Source: Cladosporium halotolerans
Taxonomy: Eukaryota
Assembly: GCF_011745625.1 (NCBI RefSeq)
Contig: NW_027191477.1
Span: forward strand, 248,001-312,000
DNA length: 64,000 bases
Direction of reading: 5' to 3'
Positions 12,577 through 24,846 of this stretch are shown here, one piece after another (the first letter of the stretch is position 1; each line of letters starts with the position of its first letter). The notes below the pieces were generated by a model. That model was not told where the DNA came from. It ran no database searches and saw only the letters and a program-made list of their open reading frames with translations. The position numbers and the translations under genes are program-made.

Positions 12577-13016
12577 TGCGTTGGTGAGATCCGACCAGGG
12601 CGGGGTCAGGTCCGCCCCGCCCACCAGCGCCGCAACAGGCAAGGAACCGACGGTACCGAACGCCCTCTTTCTCCACTTCGGATGGTATGCAAGCTAGACA
12701 CGACTGTAAATGTAGGGTATAGCCGTGCAGTCAAGTACATATACACACAGTAGACTCTCCACCCACGCCTTTAGCCCAGCGAGTCGCAAGTCGACAGCTC
12801 ACTTCTCTCACTTCCCGCCCTCGCATGGCATCGCAGCACAGCGCAGGCGTCGAACCTGGCATCCCACATCCCTACTGTACTGCACATCTCTTAATAGCCT
12901 AGCCTGCACCTCGCCGCCCTGCGCCTCCAGCCCCGTCGCACAACCACCCGGCAGCGCGTAGGCGCCTCGTACGACGCACAAACCACAGGCTTCCCGAGCG
13001 ACCGGAACCAAACAGC

Positions 13017-14448
13017 ATGCTAAGCGACGACGCCGCAGAAGCGGTCGTTGAGGCGCCGCGGCCGGCGGAGGAGGGGTTGTTTGGGGACTTTGAGGTGGAT
13101 GTACGTGCTCTTGTCGTGTCGTGTTCTCTGTCTGTCTCGACTTGGGTTGAGTTGAGATGCGGTGGTGTTGAATGGCGCAAATGGCTGATTCTGACTTTGA
13201 GGAGCAGGAAGGCGATGGGGACGGCGAGAGGGATAGTTCTTATGGAGGCGAGGTTGAGTCGTGAGTTTCTCTTCTCTTTTTCGTTTGCTACCCCGGGTGC
13301 GAGGAAGCGAAAGTTGAAGCAAGTGATGCCTGAGCTCACATTCAAGGCTACAGAATCACGACTTCGATCTCAGACTCAGCAATAGACTACAAATTCGAGC
13401 ACGGCCGCCGCTACCACGCCTTCCAAGACGGAAAATACCACTTGCCCAACGACGACGAAGAGATCGTGCGCTTAGGTCCGTCCTTCCCTCCACCCATCAC
13501 CCATATCCCAAATCCGGCAAAGCGAGCTAACCCCTCTCGCAAGAACTCCAACACCTCATCTGGCGCCAATGCCTCTCCAACCGCCTGCACCTCTGCCCCA
13601 CGCCCAACCCCCTCCGCACCGTCCTCGACATCGGCTGCGGCACCGGCGCCTGGGCCATCGACTTCGCCGAAGTGCACCCCGCCACGCGCGTGATCGGCGT
13701 CGACCTCTCGCCCATCCAGCCGACCGCCGTGCCGCCGAACGTCGAGTTCCTCGTCGACGACATCACCGCGCCCTGGATCTTCGACCAGCCCTTCGACTAC
13801 ATCCACTCGCGCGCGATAACGATCGGGGTGCGGGACTGGGGCGCGCTGGTGGCGGAGGTCTGGCGCAATCTGGCGCCCGGCGGCTGGGTCGAGTTCCAGG
13901 AGTACCATGCGCCGTTTGTGAGCGATGATGGGACGATAGCGCGGTGCGCGGCGTTCGAGCGGTGGAATGGGCTGCTGCTGGAAGCGGCGGGGAAGGCGGG
14001 CGTGCGGCTCGATGCGATCGTGGGGGTGCCGGGCGTGTTGGCGGAGCGGGGATTTGTGAATGTGGGGAGGGCGGCGACGAAGTGGCCGGTGGGGCCGTGG
14101 GCGAAGGGACAGAGGGAAAAGAGGTTGGGTGAGATGGTGTTGGATGTGAGTGGATTGCTGGCTTCTGAGGCTAGAGGTACTTGAGTGGTGAGCTGACTTT
14201 TGGGTGGTAGGACGTTGCTGGAGGGCTGGAGGGCTTCAGCATGAGGATGTTCACCAAAGTGCTTGGATGGAGTCGCGAAGAGGTAATGGAGCTGCTAGAG
14301 CAGGTGTCTCTCGACATGCGCAGTGGGAAGATGCACGCATACTTGCCGATGTAAGTCCTCGTTATACTTCAAGTCGAGGACACGGCTGACCCGAGCATGT
14401 AGCGACTTTCTGTGGGCCCAGAAGCCGCTGGATGCCACTGAAGAGTAA
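13017..14448 (+). CDS. LaeA-like SAM-dependent methyltransferase; exons approx. 13017-13100, 13208-13260, 13354-13475, 13544-14145, 14211-14350, 14403-14448
   Basis: Spliced product has YKFEHGRRYH..YHLPNDDEE, VLDIGCGTGAWAIDFA, GVDLSPIQP, FDYIHSR, LAPGGWVE, WPVGPW and terminal WAQKP; five GT-AG introns keep frame. Confidence 0.88.
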
Positions 14449-14533
14449 CCGGCGGGAGAGCGCAGGTTTGCGCTGGCGCCTGAATAATTTCACGATGTAA
14501 CGAGAAATGATGGGATACCCAGCAAGGCGTCAC

Positions 14534-15652
14534 TCATGATAGACCAACGGCTCGTTTCACCTTTTTCAGAGTAGCGGCTCCGCTCTTGGTAGCCTTCTCA
14601 GCTCCCTCAGCAGCAGCAGCTTCCATGATTGCGCGGTTTTCGACGATCTCAGAGTATCGCTCACGGATCGGCCTCACCTGCATGTCTACAGCCTCTGCGG
14701 TCTTTTCTTTCAAAGCTCGCAGACTGACGCCTTCCAAGTCCTTTGCGAGCGCTTCCTGACTTTCATAGCCGTCTTCTGCGCTCGAGTGATAGAGCAAGTC
14801 AATCAAGTTGCTGACTCCCGGCCTCATCTCCGGGTCGTAAGAGATGCCGTCTAATGAGTCGGTCACTGCGCCCTTCAGCTTACTCTTGATGATGTCTTCG
14901 CTGTCCGTGAGCAGGATCCTGCTCTTCGGATTCGGGTGACTCTTCGACATCTTCGCCGTCGGATCAGTGAGAGACATGACCCTCCTCGCGGGGCTAATCA
15001 GCGTCTCCGGTGCAACAAGCACCTCCTTGCCCTGCCCAAAAACGTGATTGAAGCCGTTGGCGACCTCCCTCGCGAACTCCAAATGCTGCGCCTGATCGTG
15101 CCCGACCGGAACATGTGTAGTCTTGTGCACCAGAATGTCCGCCGCCTGCAGCACCGGGTAGGAGAACAGGCCCAGCTTCAATTTCTCGCTGCCGTCCTTC
15201 TCGTTCGACGTCTTGTCTTTCCACTGCGTCATGCGCCCGAGGTAGCCGGTGCTCGCCTGGCAGCTGAGGATCCACATGAGCTCGGCGTGGGCGGGCACGT
15301 CGCTTTGGTGGAAGATCGTGCTGCGCTTCGGGTCCAGCCCAATGGCCAAGAGCATCGCGAGCGACTCCTTCTTCCATTGCCGCAGCTGGTTGGGATCTTG
15401 TCGGATGGTGATCGCATGGAGGTCAACGAGCGAGTAAATGAGTGTCGTGTCGTCTGCCGCCTCGTCTTGGAGTCGCGTCCATTGGCGCAGCGCTCCCAGG
15501 TAGTTGCCGAGGTGTGGGACGCCGGTAGGCTGGATTCCGGAGAAGATGACCTTCGGACGAGCTGTCGTTGCAGTGCTCGAGGCGCATTTCTGCTGTAATG
15601 CAATATTCACAGGCTGCAGTACACGCCTTGCGGCGCGACTGCGAGGCAGCAT
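14534..15652 (-). CDS. MSW1: Mitochondrial tryptophanyl-tRNA synthetase
   Basis: FSGIQPTG..HLGNY (HIGH), YPVLQAADIL, VPVGHDQ and KMSKS motifs; Arg-rich presequence MLPRSRAARR from ATG 15652. Confidence 0.93.
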   Translation of the reverse strand: MLPRSRAARRVLQPVNIALQQKCASSTATTARPKVIFSGIQPTGVPHLGNYLGALRQWTRLQDEAADDTTLIYSLVDLHAITIRQDPNQLRQWKKESLAMLLAIGLDPKRSTIFHQSDVPAHAELMWILSCQASTGYLGRMTQWKDKTSNEKDGSEKLKLGLFSYPVLQAADILVHKTTHVPVGHDQAQHLEFAREVANGFNHVFGQGKEVLVAPETLISPARRVMSLTDPTAKMSKSHPNPKSRILLTDSEDIIKSKLKGAVTDSLDGISYDPEMRPGVSNLIDLLYHSSAEDGYESQEALAKDLEGVSLRALKEKTAEAVDMQVRPIRERYSEIVENRAIMEAAAAEGAEKATKSGAATLKKVKRAVGLS

Positions 15653-16299
15653 TAGGGCGTGGTTTCGTAAATGATTGAATGCTCGAGGAGGTATTTGGAA
15701 CCTGCAATGCTCGGCGCATGTGAAGCACCGGGAGTCTACACCGCCCGCCGCACGTGCAGGCTGCAGGCCGGGCCAGCCTAGGGTGCCTGGCTCCCTGGGT
15801 AGCCTGATGGGCACAGCTGGGCTGCTCTCTATCTGGCCGCAAGTCGCTCGAACTGCCCGTGCTGAGGCGCATGCGGGAGGTCGCGCTAGTGTGAGCTTAT
15901 GTGAACTTCATCTGTGGCTGTAGGCAAAGCTGTTGTGAGAGCAACAGCGGAGAGGGCTGCATCTCCACCAACAATGGTCGCATGAATATATTTGATAGTG
16001 GAGATTGTTGGTCTGATTCCGGGCATGCACCTTGTATAAGGGACAGGGCAATAAATGCTGTCGTTATGTTGTGGTAGAGGTGGAGCGCTGGTGTCGACCG
16101 TCGGAAGTCAGTCTTGGCGGCTTCGCGGACTTTGGGATTCTGGCTTTCGCAGGCCGGCGTCCCGTCCAGCCCTCAGCACTTGGTTCCACCATTCACAACT
16201 GCCGCAGTGCAGCAAGTCAGCAAAAGCTACCACAATCAAAAGATCCAGATCAATCCAATGATGCTCTTTTGCCGTGCACAGGCACAATCCTGATCAAGC

Positions 16300-18650
16300 G
16301 GGCGCGCAGGGTCTCGCTCTACGCCAGGCGACCCTCCGTTCCCGTGATGCAGGGCACAGTGCCATCAGCCGCAAATCATAGACGGCGATGATTACAGAGC
16401 TGCGGATGTATTGAGAAGACAGTAAGAGAGTCCGGTTCCTTACGCAAGCCAATGGTCCAATGCATCCAGAAAGGAGGGAGAGGACCGCATGACGGTAGTC
16501 AGAGGACCACAGTCGCCGGCTCGCACAGGTAGGCGAAGTAAGGCTCTCGAATGAGCGTGGATGGAGCGTGTGCGAGTATGCTGATCTAGTAGGCCTCGCC
16601 GATCTTCGGTACCTCTGCATTCGAGACCAGCTGTTGGACGAACGATTATGGAGCCTTGTCCGTAAGAAATTCACGCCGAACACAAGGATCCAGCGGTATT
16701 TGTACGCAGAGACGATCTGGGCTGATAACTCTCACGTCTCGTTTCCTTCGAGTCATATCAGGATTCGAAACGCTCATTTCGCTTGGAGTGAACCTACAAA
16801 CGAGGCAATTCATTGCAAACAACGACCGCCGTGGCTCGCGAGTGGGTTTTGCTGGAGCGTCTCAATCTGTGTACCAACGGCTTCTGTTGCATGTCTATTG
16901 CCAACTGGAGGGAGTCTACGGTCCGTCCGGGAGTCGATTCTGAATCGGTTGTTCTGTTTCTGTGCTTGCAGGTCCTTGACTCCGGCTGCAAACAAGGGCG
17001 CCTCAGGATACATGATGGTGCCGTCAGGAAAATGCATGAGTCTCGCTTAGGCAGCCTCGCTTCATGATACCCTCCGAAGCAATGCTTCTCACACGCCGAT
17101 TCTCAACCTTGCGCTGGCCAAGCGATCGGTCTCGCCAAATTCACTATGAGCCTGGTTTCCCTCTGATCTTGAAGTCGAACAGGTAGAGTACAGCTCTGAC
17201 CTCAACACAGCGCGTTCGCCCTTGACTCTACTACAGCCGGCTTGGCTCCGCACAGCGGTAAGGACTGCAGTCTTCTCAAGGTTCATTACGGCGCCATAGC
17301 TTCGACTTTTCAAGACCGCAGTGTCGCCTTGCTGCAGTTGCTTTTGCAGGAGGTCTCTCTGCAGATCTCTTCATCAAGCTCGTCAAAGCCAAAGTCACCG
17401 GCTTCCAGAATGTCTTGTTATTCTGTCGCCGTCCCCGACGCCCATTACTGATGTGTGCCAACGGCCATCTCTTGGATTATAATGTGTTGCCGATGCGTCA
17501 GTTGTTGAGACTTCAAAGCAACGTGAACTCGACAAATGTGGTGATCCGTTCCTTTGCCGAAGATGCCCTACTGGTCCAAAGAATCTTTGCAACATTGAGG
17601 GCTTAATCATGCTGGCCCCGGGATGAAAGCTGAAACTCAAGCTTCAAAGTGACTGCTTTTCGGAAGGTGTTGTGCTGTGGCGTCGTTCCCTGTTGCTCGA
17701 TCTTTGCATCTATGCAGACCCCTCACACAGCACCTTATCTCCCCTTGGAAGATACGGTCGGAAGAATTGCTTAGGCAAAGGTGCCCAGCAAATGGCGGTG
17801 CAGTTGTTGACATCGTCCTTCCTGTGCTGATATTCTGTCGTCCTACCATGACAGTAACCTATTGCGGCAAAGATCCAGCGCCTTTTGAGGAGAGTTCAAT
17901 GTCATTCAGAGCGAGACAGCGCGTTCGTGCGCTCCATTGATCGCTGTATGTGCGCGGATTCGTCATTTCCACCATCGCGTCTTCCTGCAACCTTCACATA
18001 CCCATTTGATAGGTATACGTGCGCGGATTGCTTTTACTGTGGTCGTATCTGCTTGCAACCTTCGCATGATCCAGTGGCCGGTGTATCCTCGCAGATTTAC
18101 CGTTTCTGTCTGGTGGTAGCTGCCTGCAACCGTCGCATGCCCCAGTGGCCACGGAGTGGGTATTCACGCGCAGATTCGTAACACACCGCGAGCGGTTACT
18201 TCCAAGGCATATTCTGTTATCTTGGAGACTGCATTGCTTCCTTTACTTCAAGAATTGCTGATGGTTTCGCCGCCGGGTATTTGTGTATCCACGCCGTTGC
18301 CGCGGCGTCGCGATCATGGCTCTCCATTGCGGCGATCTAGCTATCGAAGATGTCGCATTTGCTGTTTCGGAAGATGTACTAACAACGATACCGAATCGCA
18401 GATATCGCAATTGGCTCCGGCGCGTGGGGAATCAGGCGTTGTCCGGATGCTTTTCATACGAGGCGGCCTGTCGCAGCGATTGCTCGCATCGCGACATACC
18501 CGTTTGCACTCTCATTGCAGATTACATTGTCCTATCGCCGGAAATGTCGGCTACATCGTCGTCGAAACGTGTCGCCTGGGCGTCTGAGCCTTGGATGTCA
18601 ACATCACAGGACGCCCCCCCTTCCTGCTGGTGACCGATAAGAGCTGGTTT
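16300..18650 (-). pseudogene. Possible degraded coding relic (unidentified)
   Basis: Lower GC than the flanks, no ORF >~160 aa; protein-like minus-strand fragments (DILEAGDFGFDELDEEICRE, DLLQKQLQQGDTAVLKSRSYG, DIQGSDAQATRFDDDVADIS) separated by stops and frameshifts; limits approximate. Confidence 0.3.
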
Positions 18651-19350
18651 CAGGTCTTGAAGCGAAGAAGGCTAGGGCGGAGAGTTTTCAGGCGGTTTCC
18701 ACAACATCTTCGGTGGCATCGAAGATTTTGTGGTTGAAGCAATTGTGTGGATCAATTCTATTCCGGTTTGTGCGTGTTGTGGATGCAGCAAGCAGCAAGC
18801 AGCAAGCAACAACAGAAGGAGCTCAAGCAGCGCAACGCCAAGACCTCAAACCATCTACCCTCTGTCAAGGATACAAGCCAAAGACTCTGGCCTAGTCCAT
18901 TGTGTTGCTGTTGCGGTCAATGCGAACCCTCCGAAGATAGCGCTCACGGAGCGTTTTATCGTCTTTGCCCTACCGCCCGTCGCTCAATCGAGGGAAACGC
19001 AGACGCCTAGCCACGGTACCGCTATGTACAAATGGTTTGCCCACCAACGGACCAAATGCCCATGAAGAAAGAAGGTAGACAGGGGGCTCGCGGTACATCT
19101 CCTCTCGTTGGCCCCATCATATCAACAAGGTACTACCTGATACGCCATGGCCAAGAAACCCCTTGCGAGCCAGTCTAAGCACCCATCACTGTGACCTCAG
19201 TTACCTCACTTGCTCTAGTGCGGTCTTGGCGATGTGGGCCGTATTTTTAACGCCGCTTCACGGCAACCAAGTGAACACGCACACAAACACCACCGCCGTG
19301 CAGAAACAACAACAATATCGCCCCTTTTCATCATTCCTCGATCAGCAACG

Positions 19351-20076
19351 ATGGCAGAACGCTACGAAGCAGGATGGGTCATTTATAAGCATCTGGACGA
19401 AGTTCCCGGCGAGAACCCAACGCAAGGCGAGTTAACTCTCTCCGGGCTGCTGGAAATCAACTTGGCCGAATCCGACATCAGGCTGTGCGCTACCAAATGG
19501 CTCGACCGCAATGGTGACGCTGCAGTCAAGAAAGCCAAGCGCATCTATCTCATTCTGGAGCCCGCCGACATGCTGGTACTATTTGATTGCCCGGTTACGG
19601 TTCTCTTGATCTCACTCGATGGTCCTTATGGCCACGGACGCCTCAGCCAGCCGTATCATCGTGCAATTACCCGCCAGGTCGAAGTCTCGTGCGGTACTGA
19701 GCCGGAAGGTGAGGAGCCACTTCGCGAAACCATCGACACGATGGCGCGCTCAATTCAGAAGATGCTCGATTCACGTCCTGGGGACGCCCAGCCTTATATC
19801 ACCCTCAAGGAATTGAAGCAGCTGATCGCTGCCTTCCACGAAGACTACATGATCGGAGGTGCCGGTCTTGGTGGCGAGTGTTGGTCAACCGACAAGGTTG
19901 ATCTGGACGTGGTGGCTGACTTCTGGAACATGGTGGAGTCAGAGCTTCACTCCAACGAATTCGCCGCGGCCAATAGCGGTATGGCTCCTGGTAGCAGCAC
20001 TGCTAGGCTCTCGGCCTTGTTCCTTGCTCTGCTGTTTGCTTGGGTTGCTTGGATTGCTCTGCCGTCTTGGACTTAA
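19351..20076 (+). CDS. Hypothetical protein (~241 aa) with hydrophobic C-terminal segment
   Basis: ATG 19351 (MAERYEAGW) in an uninterrupted ORF with protein-like composition; ends LSALFLALLFAWVAWIALPSWT; no family recognised. Confidence 0.6.
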   Translation: MAERYEAGWVIYKHLDEVPGENPTQGELTLSGLLEINLAESDIRLCATKWLDRNGDAAVKKAKRIYLILEPADMLVLFDCPVTVLLISLDGPYGHGRLSQPYHRAITRQVEVSCGTEPEGEEPLRETIDTMARSIQKMLDSRPGDAQPYITLKELKQLIAAFHEDYMIGGAGLGGECWSTDKVDLDVVADFWNMVESELHSNEFAAANSGMAPGSSTARLSALFLALLFAWVAWIALPSWT

Positions 20077-20705
20077 AGCGATATCCACAGCACGCGACTG
20101 ACGGTCTTTCACTGGGCGATCAGTACGTTGTCGCAATCTTGCGGAGGATAGCAGCACTAAGGCAACGGAATGGTACAGCAACTTCTGTGTGGAGGAATCG
20201 ACAAATGGCATCGAAAGGGAGGTCTGAACTGGGACGATCCAAGCAGCAAGTGAATAGCGGTCTCTCACTCTCTCTTTGGAGCATCAGCCCTGTATAGCTA
20301 TACCGCAGGGGACAGCAGCACCAAGGCGATAATCGGCACAACAGCATCACACAGAGCCTTCGCCGTGGTCAGACTGCAAAACTACCCATCAACGGCACAG
20401 CGGACACCAGTGGGCTTCATTTTGGGCAAACCGGCATAGCGGCATCACAAAGCATCCCGAAATTTGCATATTCAATGGCACGATTGGAGTTTCTCACTTA
20501 GATAGAATGGCACAGCAGGCCGAATTAATGAGAGCAATGATTCATTCCATGCATTGACGCAGTCTATGGCGGCGAACATCTTCAACCAAGAAGATCCGCA
20601 GTGAAACCAAGCAATTGATTTCTAGCTTGCCCAGAGGCCATTATTACAACAGTCTATTGATAGACATACGAAACCTTTCCTACAAACCTCCTTTCCCCCT
20701 TCGAA

Positions 20706-23700
20706 TCAGACAACACCACCACAGCCCCAAAGCGCCCACCCCAACCCAACACTAACAATCAAATGCCAGCCGACCGCCCAGGCCATAGCGTACAGATACT
20801 TCGGCGAGAAAACCGTCCAGATAAACAAGTGCGTCCGCAGCAGAGTGCAAGCCGCCATGACAGCGACCAAGCTCCCGGCGCTGAAAACCGTCGTGGCCGT
20901 TATGTGAATCATCCACGGAGAGCTGCCCTCTTCGCCATCTCCCCCGGCCTCAGGAGCAGAACCCGCAGCGTCGGTGCGCAGCTTCGCGCGCTCCTGCGCA
21001 ACCCACGCTCTGCTCCCAACTTTCGACTGCGCAGGACTCTCAGGTCTGGGCAGCAGCAGCGTCACAGCCGCGGAGCACCACCACACCGCCCCTGCCCAGT
21101 TGCCAGCGAAAAGCAGGATTCCGACGGCGACGATGTTGTAGTCCGCCACGCCGTTGTAGGCGTTGCTGAGGTCGATGCTGGAGATGGAGTTGGAGCCGCC
21201 GAAGGCGAAGTAGGTCGTTTGGCTGAGGAGGAGGGAGGTGAGGGCGATTGGGAGAGCTTGACTGTGGCTTTTACTGTTGGGATTGGGAGTCGGAGGGAGC
21301 AGCAGGCGGGCGAAACAGCTGCGTTGGAGCTCTAGGAGGAAGAACAGCGGAACGTTGGGGGCGCGCGTTTGTGTGACCAGGAAGAGAGTCAGGAGGGGGT
21401 GGAGTCGGTCGGCGAGAGTTATTTTTGCTTCTGCGTAGAATAGTCAGCAACATGGTCAAATTTGTTTGGTTGGGAGATCAAACACTCACCTTTCGCGCTT
21501 GTCTTCTCATTCTTCCAAGTGCTCCCAACGACCACAATCCCCGTAGCAAGCACAAGCATAACAAACACCACTCTCGCCTGCGCCACCAAATCCAGCCCAG
21601 CCGTGAACGCCCTCACCCTCTCGCCCAAACCCAGCACCAACTCTGGTGCATCCGCCTGCGTGAAATTCAGCTTGAACACCACCGCCGGCAGCACCATGAC
21701 AAACGCCGTGCTAACCGCCGCTTCAGCCGCAAGAACGCCCTTGAAAGACGACCTAGTCAGCTGCGCCCCGACGAGAAGATACGTGCCCAGCACAGCGAGC
21801 CACATCAAGATATGATGGTCAGGAAAGAAGGCATGCGCGACGTCCGGCGCGCCAGCGTGTTTCTGCCCCGTTTGGTTCCAGCGGAGCATGAGGCGGTGGG
21901 AAGCCAGGAGCGGGATGACGAGCAAGGCTCTTGGGACCGAGAGACCATTCGGCAAGGAGAGTCGACTGCCGCCTTGCTGCAGCGAGCGGACGGCTAAGAG
22001 AGCGAGCCAGGCGGGCGTCGTCCAGTACCAGAAATGCTGCTCTTCTTCGACGTAAGAGCTGGCAAACATCATGACACCATAGAGGCCAGTCACGGCCGTC
22101 AGCGCACATCCAGCAAGAGTCGGCGGCCACAGCACAGGAAACGCCAGAACAGCCAGCAGCAGACTCCCACCCGCAATGGCAATCCCAGCCCCCATCCTGG
22201 GCACATCGTACGAGCTCGCCGTACTGCTCAGCGCGTCCTGGGCCTTATAAAGAAACGCCAACAACGCCTCCGCCTCGCCCTCCAACCCCTTCAGCCCCAC
22301 CGCCCTAGCCCACAAACACGCCATCTCCTCCTCCTCGCCGTCAGCAACGCCCTCACAACCACCCTTCCTGACTCTCTCCTCAAACCCCTCCACCAACCCC
22401 CTCCACCTCTCCGCCCCCAACCCCGCCTCCACAACCCCCCTCACCTGCCTCGCATTCCTCCTCAACAACCTCCCCCACCCCTCCGCCCCAAGCAACCCCT
22501 CACAAACCTCCCCGAGCACAACGCCCAAACTATTCCTCGGAACCGGGAACCCCAACAACCCCGCCAGCGTCGGGACAACATCGCTCTGCTGCACCTTCCT
22601 GTAAAACTCGAACTCGGTCCCCTCCCTCGGCTCCGCCGGCGCCTCTCTGGGCGAAGCGAACTTCGGACTGGCGAACACCAGCGCGGGCTCCGTCTCGCCG
22701 GGCCCGGAGCCGCCGTGGTTGCCGCCGGCGTTCATGCCGTGGTCGCCGACCAGGACGATCAGCGTGTCGCGCAAGTGCGCCTGGGCCTCGACGGCTTCGT
22801 AGAGCAGCCTGAAAACGGCGTCCATCTCGCGCTGCTTGGGCAGCATGGCGGGGCCGGCGGGGCCGGTTTTGTGGCCGATGTGGTCGAGGCCGAGGTAGTG
22901 GGTGATGAGGGCGGTCCACTCCGGTTTGGTGGAGGATGGGGGGAGGAGCTCGGAGGGCAGGTGGCGGGTGACGTTTGTGTCGACTTGGGTGAAGTCCTGA
23001 AGAAGAGAGAAGAAGGGTACTTAGCTTTTGTTTTTCTACGAGGGCTGGAGGCCGGCGGCCGAGAGTTGCTCGCCGGCCTCAGCAACAGGATAGGGAGAGG
23101 GGGAGTGTGCGCCATGGGCGTGCAGCGTGGCAAGATCACCTACCGAAACGAAAAAGCTACTCGTGCCCTCCGCTCTGCCAAAGAACTCCCCCGGGAACAG
23201 TTTGAGCCACGTATCGTCTCCGTAGAACACCAACCCCCCATCTGTCCCCCCTTGTGTCTCCCCCTCTTCCCCTCCCAATCCCAATCCCAATCCCAACCCC
23301 TTCCTCCTCAACTGCGCCAACCAACTATCCACACCTCCCAACTCACCCCCCGCCCCTCCCTCCCCATCCCCCTCCGCAAAATTCAGAATCAGGTCCAAAA
23401 ACCCCGGCACGCCGCCCGTAGTGAGCGCCTTGACGCGGGGCATCGTGACGGTGGGCGGCGTAGCGTGGGCCGTGAAAGGGATCGCCGAGCCCTCTCTGAT
23501 CAAACTGCGTGACGCCCTCGTCAGCCTCGCACCGGAGTAGCAAGAATTGATGTACAATTACCTCTGAACAAACCCCATCCTCCCACCCTTTCCAAAGACG
23601 AAATCGCTCCGCAGGGCGTCGACGACCATGAAGACGAGCTTGTCGAAGGGCGCGTCTTCACCCATCTTTACCCCTGCACCCACGCCTACGCCTGCACCCG

Positions 23701-23854
23701 CAGCATCCGCCCAATCCTCCTCATCCCACCCCGCCAACCCCGGCAGCACAGGCTTATAGGGAAAGAACCCCGTCGCGAAGACGAGGAGGGCGAGCGGGAG
23801 GAGGAGGTTGGCGAGGGCGAGGGCGGCGGTTGTGCGGCGGCGGCGGGGAGCCAT
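20706..23854 (-). CDS. GPI7: GPI ethanolamine phosphate transferase 2 (PIG-G); exons 23562-23854, 23144-23504, 21490-22996, 20706-21430
   Basis: GFFPYK, FMVVDALRSDF, PTVTMPRVKALTTG, GDDTWLKLFP, HYLGLDHIGH, GDHGMN..GNHGGS, SSYVEEEQHFWY, LRTHLFIWTVFSPKYLY; three canonical introns. Confidence 0.93.
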
Positions 23855-24681
23855 TGGGGCTACTGGAGATCTGGCCGGGTGGGAAGGGCGAGAGTGAGAT
23901 AGAAAGAGAGGAGATTAGGGCCAGTGAGGCATTGTTTTCTCTTTTTTTGGCGGGAAAGAAAGAGTGTGTGCGAGGTGCTGGTGTTGGTGTGGTGGAATGG
24001 TCGTTTGTTTTAGGGTAGGTGGGAGGAAGGTATAGTATCAAGGTGTCGGCGATCGGGGAGCTGTGACGCCCGCGACGCGACGCCGAGCGTGCAAGTCCGC
24101 CAGCGCCAACGCCAACGCCGACCACTAACGGCAACACGTGCAAGCTGGCCGTTATGCCACAACACTCTTTAACCGCATTGGATTTGCACAAGTACAGATT
24201 GATCATCATCTCAAAAGTCATTTGTGGAAAGTGAATACACACTCAAGACGTTGTGGAAACCTTGTCATTTGCAGCTATGGAAAGAAAACACGTAAAACCC
24301 GATCCTGCCATTACCAAACGCCACCACTCAATCCGAAGTATTAGTAGCCAGTAGAGGCCATTGAAGCGAAGTCAAAGAAAGAAAAGCCATTTCGCATCGC
24401 AACAGAAAGAAGCAAGCCTATCGCGATGCTCTGTGAGAGCTATTATCGGCGCGCCGAAGCTGCTGCCGCGATAGACTGATGAACGCAAGAGCCAGAACAG
24501 AAGAGTCGTGTTATCCAGAGATTTTCGCAGCCTGTGAGTCGGCTGTTACTCGTCGAGCCTGGTGTTGAAAGCATGCTGGGTATGATGTTGTCGTCGGCGA
24601 GGATTGTTTCGGTGGCTCGCCTGCCACCGAAACTCCGAAAGCATTGTTGAGAAAGTTGAAGACCAAAAACGGCGGAAGATA

Positions 24682-24794
24682 AAGACTGCAACGAAGTCGG
24701 TTGCACCAAGGTCGGTTGCATCAAGGTCGACTGCACGGTCGACTGCACCAAGATCGACTGCAAGAAGGTCGATAACTCCAAGGTCGACCGCAAC
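24682..24794. repeat. Degenerate ~15-bp tandem repeat (about 7 units, AAGGTCGACTGCACC-like) just downstream of the Mei2-like stop codon
   Basis: Units aagtcggttgcacc / aaggtcggttgcatc / aaggtcgactgc / acggtcgactgcacc / aagatcgactgcaag / aaggtcgataactcc / aaggtcgaccgcaac. Confidence 0.85.
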
Positions 24795-24846
24795 CAGTCA
24801 CGTGCCGAGAGAGAGGGGAGATCATCTTACAGCCTCCAGACTGTCT

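Noticed and set aside
12824..14448. Secondary-metabolite cluster suggested by the LaeA-like and CNMT-like methyltransferases
   Set aside because: No PKS, NRPS, terpene synthase or tailoring-gene grouping; neighbours are housekeeping genes
15653..15814. N-terminal extension of MSW1 given by the ORF track
   Set aside because: Starts at a non-ATG codon; ATG 15652 gives a typical mitochondrial presequence
24682..24794. CRISPR-like interpretation of the short repeats
   Set aside because: Eukaryotic context, adjacent units with no unique spacers, no cas genes
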